NCBI GenBank assembly: GCA_013289145.1
Contig: JABDAM010000007.1
Coordinates: 1 to 52,413 of the forward strand
Direction of reading: 5' to 3'
From: Alphaproteobacteria bacterium
Lineage (GTDB): Bacteria; Pseudomonadota; Alphaproteobacteria; UBA11073
DNA: 52,413 nucleotides
The notes below the pieces were generated by a model. It worked only from the letters and a program-made list of their open reading frames with translations. It was not told where the DNA came from and searched no databases. This document shows positions 1 to 8,820 of this stretch, one piece after another (position 1 is the first letter of the stretch; each line of letters starts with the position of its first letter). Position numbers and translations under genes: made by a program.

Positions 1-433
1 GAAATCTCAGGGTTCAGATAGCGCGGCGGTTGCGCATGAGGCGTTGGTTGCGGCACGCATGGCGGGAGCGGATGTGCTGCTGATGGACACGGCCGGGCGG
101 CTGCATAACAAGGGCGATTTGATGGCGGAGCTGCAAAAGGTCGTGCGCGTGATCCGCCGGGTGGACGAAACGGCGCCGCATGCGGTGCTGCTGGTGCTGG
201 ACGCCACGACGGGACAGAACGCGGTCGCGCAGACCAGGACGTTTAAGGAACTGGTGGAGGTGACGGGTTTGATCGTCACCAAACTGGACGGCACGGCCAA
301 GGCGGGCGTGGTGGTGGCGCTGGCGCGGCAATTCGGCCTGCCCATCCACGCCATCGGCGTGGGCGAGGGTGCGGCGGACTTGCAAGCCTTTGACGCAGCG
401 CAATTTTCTCAGTCTTTGCTCGGTATTTCTTAA
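1..433 (+). CDS. ftsY: SRP receptor FtsY, C-terminal part (5' end outside the window)
   Basis: SRP-GTPase motifs DTAGRLHNK, LDATTGQN, TKLDGTAKAG and GVGE. Confidence 0.95.
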   Translation, partial: KSQGSDSAAVAHEALVAARMAGADVLLMDTAGRLHNKGDLMAELQKVVRVIRRVDETAPHAVLLVLDATTGQNAVAQTRTFKELVEVTGLIVTKLDGTAKAGVVVALARQFGLPIHAIGVGEGAADLQAFDAAQFSQSLLGIS

Positions 434-1144
434 TTACGGCGTGTGTTTGTTTTGAGGGCCTGTCGACTTATCGCCGATTAAATAAGACCTGCTTAGGGGC
501 TGCCCACCGTTTAAATGTTCAAAAATAACCAAACTGTCTGGGACAGTGCTTTTTATCGCTGCTAATTTGGTGAGATTTCCGGTGATCGCGCTGCGCATAA
601 GTCTGGCCATGGCAGTTGATAACGGAGCTTCAAATTCCGTTATAAAGCCTGCTTGTAATAATTCTGCATGTTCAAAAAGCAGACAATCGCTGAGCGCATC
701 GATCCCGTGCGTATAAAAATTCTCCAGCAATTTAACTTTATCTGTTAGTTCGGGCGCGTTTATTTGAATGCCTGAGAATAAATCCTCCATATAATACAAA
801 ATACTTTCTTTGTAGTCCTGGGGATCATCCACTTCGGCTTCCCTTAGATATTTAAGCCAGTTGTTCAGATATTGCTTCACTTCTTTGGAATCTATCATGG
901 CGCGGTATGGATTGCCTTCTTTCACCATAAGGTCTGGTTGTGCCGCTTTATCACAGTCAGCCATAAAATTTTGCAAAGTGTTCGCCACGATATCTTTTGC
1001 ATTCGCATTTTTAAAATCTTTATCTTTTGTAACCGCTATGGCAAATCTGGCCAGGAATTCTGCCAGGGATGCAAACTCAGGCGTTGGATCGTCTGTGGAG
1101 ATCTGTTCAGCAAGAATGGTTTTGGGGTCTAATGTGACTGACAT
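434..1144 (-). CDS. Hypothetical AT-rich ORFan, 236 aa
   Basis: Long ORF with its own sigma70-like promoter; stop codon abuts the ftsY stop; no recognised domain. Confidence 0.75.
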   Translation of the reverse strand: MSVTLDPKTILAEQISTDDPTPEFASLAEFLARFAIAVTKDKDFKNANAKDIVANTLQNFMADCDKAAQPDLMVKEGNPYRAMIDSKEVKQYLNNWLKYLREAEVDDPQDYKESILYYMEDLFSGIQINAPELTDKVKLLENFYTHGIDALSDCLLFEHAELLQAGFITEFEAPLSTAMARLMRSAITGNLTKLAAIKSTVPDSLVIFEHLNGGQPLSRSYLIGDKSTGPQNKHTP

Positions 1145-1188
1145 GGTTTAGTATGCTTTCGTAAGAGGGAAGATATATTACAATTGAA

Positions 1189-1236
1189 AGTGTAATAAAT
1201 GTTCCGACCATAAGCAAATTTTTTAATACTTTCATG
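1189..1236 (-). promoter_or_regulatory. ORFan promoter with the conserved upstream box
   Basis: Minus strand: CAT-GAAAGTATTAAAAAAT-TTGCTT-17 nt-TACACT. Confidence 0.7.
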
Positions 1237-1261
1237 CATATTTCAAGGGCATTTTGATAAA

Positions 1262-1300
1262 TTGACAATTAGCAATATTTTGTGATATAATTGCAATTAT
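1262..1300 (+). promoter_or_regulatory. amn promoter, probably leaderless, overlapped by a 14-bp palindrome
   Basis: TTGACA (1262), 18 nt, TATAAT (1286) with upstream TG; ATG 7 nt later; ATAATTGCAATTAT at 1287-1300. Confidence 0.75.
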
Positions 1301-2975
1301 GCAATTTAAACCCCTTTCACATGCTCAGTTAATCCGGGATATCACGGATTTCTGCCGGGAATCCGACATATCCCTGACCGAATTCGGCCATCGGGCGCTG
1401 AATGACGGCGCCTTTGTCGGGCGGCTGAAGCAGGGGAAAAGCCCGACGCTGGAGCGGATTGAGCGGGTTTATGATTGGATGGCTGGGCATGCGCCGGGCG
1501 GGATGAAACCGCAACCCGCCCGAAATTTATCCGACGCGAAAAAGGCGATGGCGGAGATTGAAAAAATTTATGCCGCGCAGACCGCGCATTTGAAAGCGAA
1601 GTTGAAAGAATATGTGGTCAAAGGAAAGTTGAAAGAAAAAGCGCGCGCTTATTATCCCGAAATCCGCATCCGCGTGGATAGGTTGATGGACATCGATCCG
1701 CGCGCGGCATTTGGGTTTGTGACGGAAACCGGAACCTATACGGCGACCTTGACGCGGCCGGATGTGATGGCGGGTTATTATCTGGAACAAATCCATTTGC
1801 TGATGGAAAATATGAAAGTGCGGGTTGAGGTTGGCGTGTCCGCCACAAGCATTCCGGTTTTATATGCGTTGACGGATGAGGAGTTGCGCGGCCTGGCGAT
1901 GACGCCCGAAGCGCGCAACCGTTTGCCGCATTATTTCGACGTGCCGGGCGGCGAGGAATTCGATGATGAGATCGTCGATGATTGCTGGTCGCCGACGCCG
2001 CAGCGGCCGGGGCCATTGGCGCTTTTTACCGCGCCGCGCACGGATTATTCATTGGTGCGTTTGAAACATTATACCGGCACGGCGGCGCATGAATTTCAGG
2101 ATTTCGTGATCTTCACCAATTACAAATTTTACATGGAGCAGTTTGAAAAACTGGCGCAGGATATTTTATTCGGCGGCGGGCCGGAAGAAATGAAATTGGA
2201 CTATGATGGATTTGTGACGCCGGATTACCGTTTGCAGCGCAAGCGCGGCGCGGTCTGGCGTGAAGATCATCCGTTGGGGCGCGAGCCGCAAATGCCGACG
2301 TACCATTTGAAACGCGCGAATAATAAGGGCATTACGATCGTCAATATCGGCGTCGGCCCGTCGAATGCGAAGACGATGACGGATCATATCGCGGTGCTGC
2401 GGCCGGATGCGTGGATTATGCTGGGGCATTGCGGGGGCCTCGCGAATACGCAGCGGATTGGGGATTATGTTTTGGCGCATACTTATGTGCGCGGCGATCA
2501 TATTCTGGATGAAAAATTGCCGCTGCATGTCCCAATCCCGACATTGGCGGAAATGGAGATCGCGATCAAAGGCGCGATTACCGAGGTGACGGGGAAGGTG
2601 CAATATGACCAGAAACAATTGGTGCGCACCGGCGCGGTTTTAACGACGGCGGACCGCAATTGGGAAATCGAGGGCGCGGCGCAGATCCGGTTTGAACACC
2701 ACCAAACGCGCGCGATTGCGGTGGATATGGAAAGCGCGACGATTGCGGCGAACGGTTTCCGTTACCGCGTGCCCTATGCGACGTTTTTATGCGTGTCGGA
2801 TATGCCGCTGCACGGCCTGCCGAAAATGCCGGGCATGGCGGACCAGTTTTACGAAACACAGCGCGACCAGCATTTGCTGATCGGCCTGCGCGCGATGGAG
2901 AAGTTGATTACCGAGGATCAACGGCGGCTGCATTCACGGAAGCTGCGAGGGCCGTATGAGCCGGCGTTTCGGTGA
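1299..2975 (+). CDS. amn: AMP nucleosidase with an N-terminal HTH-like extension
   Basis: Motifs RTDYSLVRLKHYTGT, FTNY, QMPTYHL, NIGVGPSNAKTMTDHIAVLRP, DMESATIAANGFRYRVPY, LHSRKLR. Confidence 0.93.
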   Translation: MQFKPLSHAQLIRDITDFCRESDISLTEFGHRALNDGAFVGRLKQGKSPTLERIERVYDWMAGHAPGGMKPQPARNLSDAKKAMAEIEKIYAAQTAHLKAKLKEYVVKGKLKEKARAYYPEIRIRVDRLMDIDPRAAFGFVTETGTYTATLTRPDVMAGYYLEQIHLLMENMKVRVEVGVSATSIPVLYALTDEELRGLAMTPEARNRLPHYFDVPGGEEFDDEIVDDCWSPTPQRPGPLALFTAPRTDYSLVRLKHYTGTAAHEFQDFVIFTNYKFYMEQFEKLAQDILFGGGPEEMKLDYDGFVTPDYRLQRKRGAVWREDHPLGREPQMPTYHLKRANNKGITIVNIGVGPSNAKTMTDHIAVLRPDAWIMLGHCGGLANTQRIGDYVLAHTYVRGDHILDEKLPLHVPIPTLAEMEIAIKGAITEVTGKVQYDQKQLVRTGAVLTTADRNWEIEGAAQIRFEHHQTRAIAVDMESATIAANGFRYRVPYATFLCVSDMPLHGLPKMPGMADQFYETQRDQHLLIGLRAMEKLITEDQRRLHSRKLRGPYEPAFR

Positions 2976-3032
2976 ATTTAATTTTCCCTCGCCGATCTTG
3001 CAATCATTGACTCCGGCGTGATACAATAAAAA

Positions 3033-3239
3033 ATGCTCGACTATTATCAGTCCTCTTTCGTCACAGGCGAACCTACGCAATTGCGTCAGGCGGACATGAA
3101 GCCCTTGCCTGGCCGCGGGGCGAAAACTGCGACGGCGTTGGTGCGGCGGTTGAAACAATTGGCGCAAAAGGCGCCGCTCCAGTCCCTGCCGCGTCCGGCG
3201 CAGTTGAAATCCTGGCGGCGTGAAGGTTTGGCGAAATAA
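3033..3239 (+). CDS. Putative antitoxin of the adjacent PIN toxin
   Basis: 68-aa ORF whose stop directly precedes the toxin ATG; no clear DNA-binding fold. Confidence 0.55.
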   Translation: MLDYYQSSFVTGEPTQLRQADMKPLPGRGAKTATALVRRLKQLAQKAPLQSLPRPAQLKSWRREGLAK

Positions 3240-3644
3240 ATGGATTATGTCGTTGATGCTTCGGTCGGCATAAAATGGGTTTTTCCGGAGCATAACAGTG
3301 AAGCCGCTTATGAATTATTATCGCATCAGCTTTTTGCGCCGGATTTATTCTGGGCGGAGTGTGATAATGTTTTGATTACTGCTTTGCGGCGCGGGCATTT
3401 GTCGGTTGCGGCGGTCAAGCAGCGTCGGCATACCTTGCGCGCTGTGCCGGTTGCTGTCACGCCGCATGCGCGGCTTGCCAGCCGGGCTTGGCAGATTGCG
3501 CTTACGCTGCAGCATCCGATTTATGATTGTTATTATCTGGCTTTGGCTGAATTATTGGGCGTGCCAATGATTACCGATGACCGGAAATTTTACCGCATCA
3601 TCCAGGAACATAAGAACTGGGGCAAGTTTATCCGTCTGCTTTAA
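3240..3644 (+). CDS. PIN-domain (VapC-family) toxin
   Basis: VVDASVGIKW, APDL..AE..N, IYDCYYLALA, ITDD. Confidence 0.9.
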   Translation: MDYVVDASVGIKWVFPEHNSEAAYELLSHQLFAPDLFWAECDNVLITALRRGHLSVAAVKQRRHTLRAVPVAVTPHARLASRAWQIALTLQHPIYDCYYLALAELLGVPMITDDRKFYRIIQEHKNWGKFIRLL

Positions 3645-3901
3645 GCAAAAAGATCCACGTATTGCCCCAACTGTACGCCGTTGCTGGTGTTTGTGCTGCG
3701 GGCGGTGGTTTGGGGGGCGTTGCTGGTTTGCGGCACGCTGGCGCGGGTGTCGGCGCTGTAATTGCTTTTGGCGGCGACGGGGGCCGGTTTTTCGCTCGTG
3801 CTGGCCACCTGGCTGAAGGCGACCTGGTTATTGACTTGCTGGTAGCGGGCCGCCGAAATCGACGATAGGTCCGTGCCGGTGCTGATGTCTGACAATTGCA
3901 T
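3641..3901 (-). CDS. Small hypothetical protein ending in GQYVDLFA (YjfB/motility-protein-like C-terminus)
   Basis: SD AAGGAAG; S/T/Q-rich body; terminal G-x-x-V-D-L-x-A motif. Confidence 0.6.
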   Translation of the reverse strand: MQLSDISTGTDLSSISAARYQQVNNQVAFSQVASTSEKPAPVAAKSNYSADTRASVPQTSNAPQTTARSTNTSNGVQLGQYVDLFA

Positions 3902-4049
3902 GGAAACTTCCTTTTTCCGCGGGAATCGTAGGAATTATTATTAGCCTACATCAAAAAGGTTAACAGCTTCTAAATAACAATTCGATAGGGGGTGCGGGCC
4001 TGCTGCGCTGAAAAACGATAAAAGGCAATATGACAATTTTTTTAAATAA

Positions 4050-4064
4050 TTAATGAAAATTTAA
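4050..4064. promoter_or_regulatory. CtrA-type box TTAA-N7-TTAA
   Basis: TTAA-TGAAAAT-TTAA in a divergent intergenic region. Confidence 0.55.
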
Positions 4065-4131
4065 TTAGTTTCGTGCTAAAATTTAATTAGAAAGTGATTT
4101 TTGGGCTGTTTCCCATGGAGGCGTCACTCTT

Positions 4132-5328
4132 ATGTCGTTAGGAACGATCACGGCATCTGAAGAAAGCCAAACCGGCTGGCCTTCCCGCGCACATAATTTG
4201 GAAAACAACTTTTCGGCCAATTGGCTGATTGAGTTGGCGAATGATCCGTCCCAGCGCGCGCGGCTGCTGCTTGGCAATACGGTAATGGAAATGCTCAGCA
4301 GCAACAATGCCGTCGAACAGGAAATGATCGCCGACATTCTGATGCATATCGTCCAGCGCGTGGAACTGGACGTGCGCCGTACCTTGGCCGAGCGCCTGGC
4401 GCGCCAGGATAACGCGCCGCGCGAATTGATGGTCTGGCTGGCGAATGATGAAATTTCCGTCGCGCGGCCAGTGTTGGTGCTGTCACAGATTTTAGAGGAT
4501 GAGGATTTGATCGCCATCATCCACGCGCGCGATACGCAGTACCGCCGCGCCATCGCCCACCGCTCATCGATGGGCGGCAAGGTGGTGAAGGCATTGATCG
4601 CATCGCATGATGAAATGGCGCTGCAATCCTTGCTGGAAAATACCGCGATTGCGCTGGAAGAAAGCGCGCTGCACCAGCTGATGGACGCGGCGAAGCGCAG
4701 CGAGGCTTTGAAAGCGCCGTTGATCACGCGCCGCGAGATGCGCGGGGATTTGGCGTTGTCGGTTTATTGGTGGGTGTCGCAGGAATTGCGCCATGCGATC
4801 CAGGCGCGTTTTAATTTGAATCGTGCGCGGATTGACGAGGCGCTGGACGCGACGCTGCAGGAAATTCTCAGCGCCCGCACATCGGGTCTTGAAATCATTA
4901 CGCCCGAAATTCGGTACGTGGCGCAGCAATTGCACGCGGCGCGGCGGATTACGTCGGGGCTGCTGATCACCACGCTGCGGCGCGGGCAGGTGAATATGTT
5001 TGTCGCGCTGTTCGCAGAGGTTTTGCATTTGCCGATTGATAAGGTTTCGGCGATGCTGTCCCATTCATCGGGCGAATTCCTGGCGGTTTGCTGCCGCGCG
5101 AACAATATTTTGAAACCGGATTTCGCGTCGATCTTTTTGCTCGGCCGCGCGGGGCGCAGCGCGGACCGCGTGGTGGATCCGCAGGAACTGTCGCGCACGC
5201 TGATGTTTTATGACAAGCTGAATTTCACGCACGCGAGCATGCTGGTGGAACGCTGGCAGCGCGATGAAACGGCGCTGAATTTGGCGCATGCGGATGTGCG
5301 CGAGGCGATGCAGGCGTTGGCGCGGTAG
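4132..5328 (+). CDS. DUF2336 domain protein
   Basis: VRRTLAERLA..NAPRELMVWLANDEISVARPVL..S pattern typical of alphaproteobacterial DUF2336. Confidence 0.85.
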   Translation: MSLGTITASEESQTGWPSRAHNLENNFSANWLIELANDPSQRARLLLGNTVMEMLSSNNAVEQEMIADILMHIVQRVELDVRRTLAERLARQDNAPRELMVWLANDEISVARPVLVLSQILEDEDLIAIIHARDTQYRRAIAHRSSMGGKVVKALIASHDEMALQSLLENTAIALEESALHQLMDAAKRSEALKAPLITRREMRGDLALSVYWWVSQELRHAIQARFNLNRARIDEALDATLQEILSARTSGLEIITPEIRYVAQQLHAARRITSGLLITTLRRGQVNMFVALFAEVLHLPIDKVSAMLSHSSGEFLAVCCRANNILKPDFASIFLLGRAGRSADRVVDPQELSRTLMFYDKLNFTHASMLVERWQRDETALNLAHADVREAMQALAR

Positions 5329-5511
5329 TTTTAAAACTCTTGTGGTTCAGTGGGTTTTTGTTGCCGATGTGACTCTTTTACAAGTTTTACAATGACTTCC
5401 AATTCTGCAAGTTTTTCGCCAGAGCTCCGCAGCACGGGATTATGATAAAGATTGGAATAGGTATCTTCTTCCATCGCAGCAGCCAAGCATTGCATGCAAA
5501 ACCTATGGCAT

Positions 5512-5543
5512 AAAAAAAGAGGCGGAATTCTCCCGCCTCTTTT
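5512..5543 (-). terminator. Intrinsic terminator of rpsD (could act in both directions)
   Basis: Stem AAAAGAGGCGG / CCGCCTCTTTT with A/T tracts. Confidence 0.85.
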
Positions 5544-5561
5544 GGTTTATCTTTATTCCGA

Positions 5562-6176
5562 TTACCGCGAATAAAACTCCACCACCAAATTCGGTTCCAT
5601 CATCACCGGGTATGGCACGTCGGCCAGTTTGGGCGTGCGGATGTATTTGCCGCTGAATTTTTTGTGGTCGGCTTCGAGGTATTCGGGCACGTCGCGTTCC
5701 GGGAGTTCCGTTGCGGCTTGGACGGCGGGGATGGTGCGGGATTTTTCGCGCAGTTCGATGACGTCGCCTTCTTTGCACAGGTACGAAATGATGTTGACGC
5801 GTTTGCCGTTGACGAGGACGTGGCCGTGGCTGACCAATTGGCGCGCGGCGAAGACCGTTGCGGCGAATTTCATGCGGTAGATCAGCGTGTCGAGGCGGGA
5901 TTCTAACAGCGCGATCAGGTTTTCAGACGTGTCGCCTTTGCGGCGCGATGCTTCGTCGTAATATTTGCGGAATTGTTTTTCGCCGATGTTGCCGTAGTAG
6001 CCTTTCAGCTTTTGTTTCGCCATCAACTGCGTGCCGAAATCGGTCGGCTTTTTGTTACGCGCGCCGTGCTGGCCGGGGCGGGCAGGGCGTTTATTATGCG
6101 GCGATTTGGGGCGGCCCCACAGGTTGACGCCAAGACGGCGGTCGATTTTATGTTTGGCTTGGACAAGATTTGCCAT
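5562..6176 (-). CDS. rpsD: 30S ribosomal protein S4
   Basis: [36 protein letters not shown]; ATG at 6176 after AAAGGAAA. Confidence 0.98.
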   Translation of the reverse strand: MANLVQAKHKIDRRLGVNLWGRPKSPHNKRPARPGQHGARNKKPTDFGTQLMAKQKLKGYYGNIGEKQFRKYYDEASRRKGDTSENLIALLESRLDTLIYRMKFAATVFAARQLVSHGHVLVNGKRVNIISYLCKEGDVIELREKSRTIPAVQAATELPERDVPEYLEADHKKFSGKYIRTPKLADVPYPVMMEPNLVVEFYSR

Positions 6177-6318
6177 GGTATTTTCCTTTGCGGTCCCCAT
6201 TTTTGTTGGTCGACCTGTTGTGGTTGTCCCGATAGTCCATTCCGGCCAGGCCAGCGGCGGGATGTTGCCATCCACATTCTCAGGAAGAGGGTGTTTTTAG
6301 GGGGTAAGAGGGGGGGAG

Positions 6319-6648
6319 TCAAGGAGAAATAATAGGAATGGATTTACCCGGTGGCCTTGTATGACGCGGTAAATCGATGGTTATTTGCCGGTGATCATCG
6401 GGGACCGGTTTGCCTGCAGCGGCTAGGGCCGCCACAACCAACCTTTGGGAGCGGGTTTCATCCACGACCACTGTATAATCATCTTTAAGTTCATAGGCGG
6501 AGGGGGCGCTTTCTTTCCAATTACCCGATGCATCCTGGACTAAACTGAAGCCATTGGTCGAAACCCAGATACGACCGGAAGTAACATCCTCAGCCACCTG
6601 ATATGTGGGTTTGGTTAGTGTGTCGGATGGGCTCATGGTTTTTACCAT
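6319..6648 (-). CDS. Hypothetical ORFan, 109 aa
   Basis: ORF with Pro-rich tail; no recognised domain. Confidence 0.55.
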   Translation of the reverse strand: MVKTMSPSDTLTKPTYQVAEDVTSGRIWVSTNGFSLVQDASGNWKESAPSAYELKDDYTVVVDETRSQRLVVAALAAAGKPVPDDHRQITIDLPRHTRPPGKSIPIISP

Positions 6649-6759
6649 TTTCTGTTAGTAAAAATTAAAAGATGCCCGATTTTCTACCAAAATACCCTGC
6701 AAGTCAAGCAAAAAGATGCCACGCAAATTGGTCCCAATGCTGCCTTCAGGGTGCCTTGG

Positions 6760-7305
6760 TTAGAGCCCCGGTATTCTTATTCTTATGGTGGCGCGTAACA
6801 ATCCGGGCAGACCGAGGTAGTCTTTTCTCAATTTATTTACAAAGTTATCTAGCTGAGCATCGTCATAGCCCAAGGCCTTTTTAGCATATGGCCGGATCTG
6901 TTCTTCTTGGAGGACGTTGTATATTCCGCTCTTTTTTATAAGGGTTCTGCATTGCTTGGGGGTTAGTCCCTCAACGGCGAGCTTAAATTTTTCAGCCCGA
7001 AGGGCGGGCTTAAAGAAGATGGGTTCTTCAGGTACCGCAAATGCGAGAGACGTGCGTGGATGATCATATTCTTTGGTGTTTTCATTGTTGTTAATAATAT
7101 AGTCAAACATGCTTCTTCCCGAAGGATTTGTCAGGCGTAATTTTAAATACCTCTCCTCTGGCGGAGTCCGTTTTAGCCATTCAATCAAAACGTTCTCATC
7201 AGAACGAGCATCTTGGCTGGAAAAATAATAATAAAAACTGCCAACTTCCAACCATTCCAATTTTGCTTTGGTGGCGAGGGTGCTGATGCGAGCATGTAAT
7301 GACAT
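6760..7305 (-). CDS. Hypothetical AT-rich ORFan, 181 aa
   Basis: SD AGAGAGG; TTGACA promoter upstream. Confidence 0.7.
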   Translation of the reverse strand: MSLHARISTLATKAKLEWLEVGSFYYYFSSQDARSDENVLIEWLKRTPPEERYLKLRLTNPSGRSMFDYIINNNENTKEYDHPRTSLAFAVPEEPIFFKPALRAEKFKLAVEGLTPKQCRTLIKKSGIYNVLQEEQIRPYAKKALGYDDAQLDNFVNKLRKDYLGLPGLLRATIRIRIPGL

Positions 7306-7409
7306 AAAACCTCTCTTTATTGTTAATATGTTCTTAAAATAACATAAAATCTTAGCGATGTCAATTTTTTTGGTTCGCCAAAATAATTCTTTTCCCTATA
7401 TATTAAGGT

Positions 7410-8735
7410 GTGAAACGCACCCAAAAAACCGAGATTGAAGCGCCCGCCGAGCCGCTCGCCGCGGCGCTGCGGCCGCGGGCGCTGGATGAGGTGATTGGGC
7501 AGGGGCATGTGCTGGGGCCGGGCGGGGCGCTGCGGCAAATGGTTGAGGCGCGGCATCTGACGTCCTTGATTTTTTGGGGCCCGCCGGGGTGCGGGAAGAC
7601 GACGATTGCCTGGTTGCTGGCGGATGCTTGCGGGTACCGGTTTGAGGCGATTTCGGCGGTCTTTTCGGGCGTCGCGGATTTGCGCAAAGTGTTTGAACGC
7701 GCGCGTGAGAATAAAAATCTGGGCGAGCGCACGTTACTGTTTGTGGATGAGATACATCGGTTCAACCGCGCGCAGCAGGATGCGTTTTTGCCTTATGTTG
7801 AAGACGGCACGGTGACGCTGGTGGGCGCGACGACGGAAAATCCTTCGTTTGAATTGAATGGTGCGTTGTTGTCGCGGTGTCAGGTGATTGTTTTGCAACG
7901 GTTGGATGATGATGCGTTGTTGCAATTGCTGGCGCGCGCGGAAAAATTGACGGGGAAAGTTTTGCCGGTGACGGATGATGCGCGGTTGTGGCTGGCGCAG
8001 CAGGCGGATGGGGACGGGCGGTATTTGTTGAATATGGCGGAGAGTTTATTGTCATGGGATCCCGGGTCTTCAGGCCTGCGGCCTTCCGCCCGGGATGACA
8101 GGTTGTTGGATGTAGAAGCGCTGCAAAAACTCCTGCAAAAACGCGCGCCGTTGTATGATAAGGCGCAGGAGGGGCATTATAATCTGATCAGCGCGTTGCA
8201 TAAGGCAGTGCGTGGATCGGATGTGAATGCGGCGCTTTATTGGATGGCGCGCATGCTGGCGGGCGGTGAGGATCCGGAATTTATCGCACGAAGAATTGTG
8301 CGCATGGCGTACGAAGATATCGGCATGGCGGACCCGAATGCGGCGCTGCAAGCGATGGCGGCGTGGCAAACGTACGAACGGTTGGGTTCACCCGAAGGTG
8401 AATTGGCATTGGCGCAAGCGGTGATTTATCTGGCGACGGCACCGAAATCGGTGGCGGGGTATAAGGCGTTCGGCGCGGCCAAGCGCGCGGCGGCGGATAC
8501 GGGATCGCTCACGCCGCCGCCCTATGCGATGAACGCGCCGACGAAGTTGATGAAGAATTTAGGGTATAGTGACGGGTATATTTATGATCCCGATACGCCG
8601 GAGGGTTTTTCGGGATTGAATTATTTTCCGCCCGGCATGAAGCGCGCGGAATTTTACGCGCCTGTTGAACGCGGCTTTGAACGCGAAATCAAAAAGCGGT
8701 TGGAGTATTGGGAGAAATTGCGGCGTCAATCATAA
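7410..8735 (+). CDS. rarA: Replication-associated recombination protein A (RarA/MgsA)
   Basis: PLAAALRP, WGPPGCGKTT, FVDEIHRFNRAQQD, GATTENPSF, HYNLISALHK, LGSPEGELAL. Confidence 0.96.
   Translation: MKRTQKTEIEAPAEPLAAALRPRALDEVIGQGHVLGPGGALRQMVEARHLTSLIFWGPPGCGKTTIAWLLADACGYRFEAISAVFSGVADLRKVFERARENKNLGERTLLFVDEIHRFNRAQQDAFLPYVEDGTVTLVGATTENPSFELNGALLSRCQVIVLQRLDDDALLQLLARAEKLTGKVLPVTDDARLWLAQQADGDGRYLLNMAESLLSWDPGSSGLRPSARDDRLLDVEALQKLLQKRAPLYDKAQEGHYNLISALHKAVRGSDVNAALYWMARMLAGGEDPEFIARRIVRMAYEDIGMADPNAALQAMAAWQTYERLGSPEGELALAQAVIYLATAPKSVAGYKAFGAAKRAAADTGSLTPPPYAMNAPTKLMKNLGYSDGYIYDPDTPEGFSGLNYFPPGMKRAEFYAPVERGFEREIKKRLEYWEKLRRQS
8050..8100. repeat. Palindromic GTCAT...GGGATGAC-family repeat inserted in frame in rarA
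   Basis: 51 bp; TGTCAT/ATGACA ends; ATCCCGGG/CCCGGGAT stem; resembles intergenic copies at 21168, 36688 and 46423. Confidence 0.8.
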
Positions 8736-8820
8736 ACAGCATATAGACGTTCAAAATAATTTGCTTTTTCTTATGTTTATCGCTACGCTCCGCCTTCATA
8801 CTAAAAAGGGGTAAGCGCCA

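Noticed and set aside
6177-6275. Upstream extension of rpsD in the ORF track (also the extensions of crcB, mgtC, rodZ and rpsP)
   Set aside because: Homology and SD positions support the downstream starts
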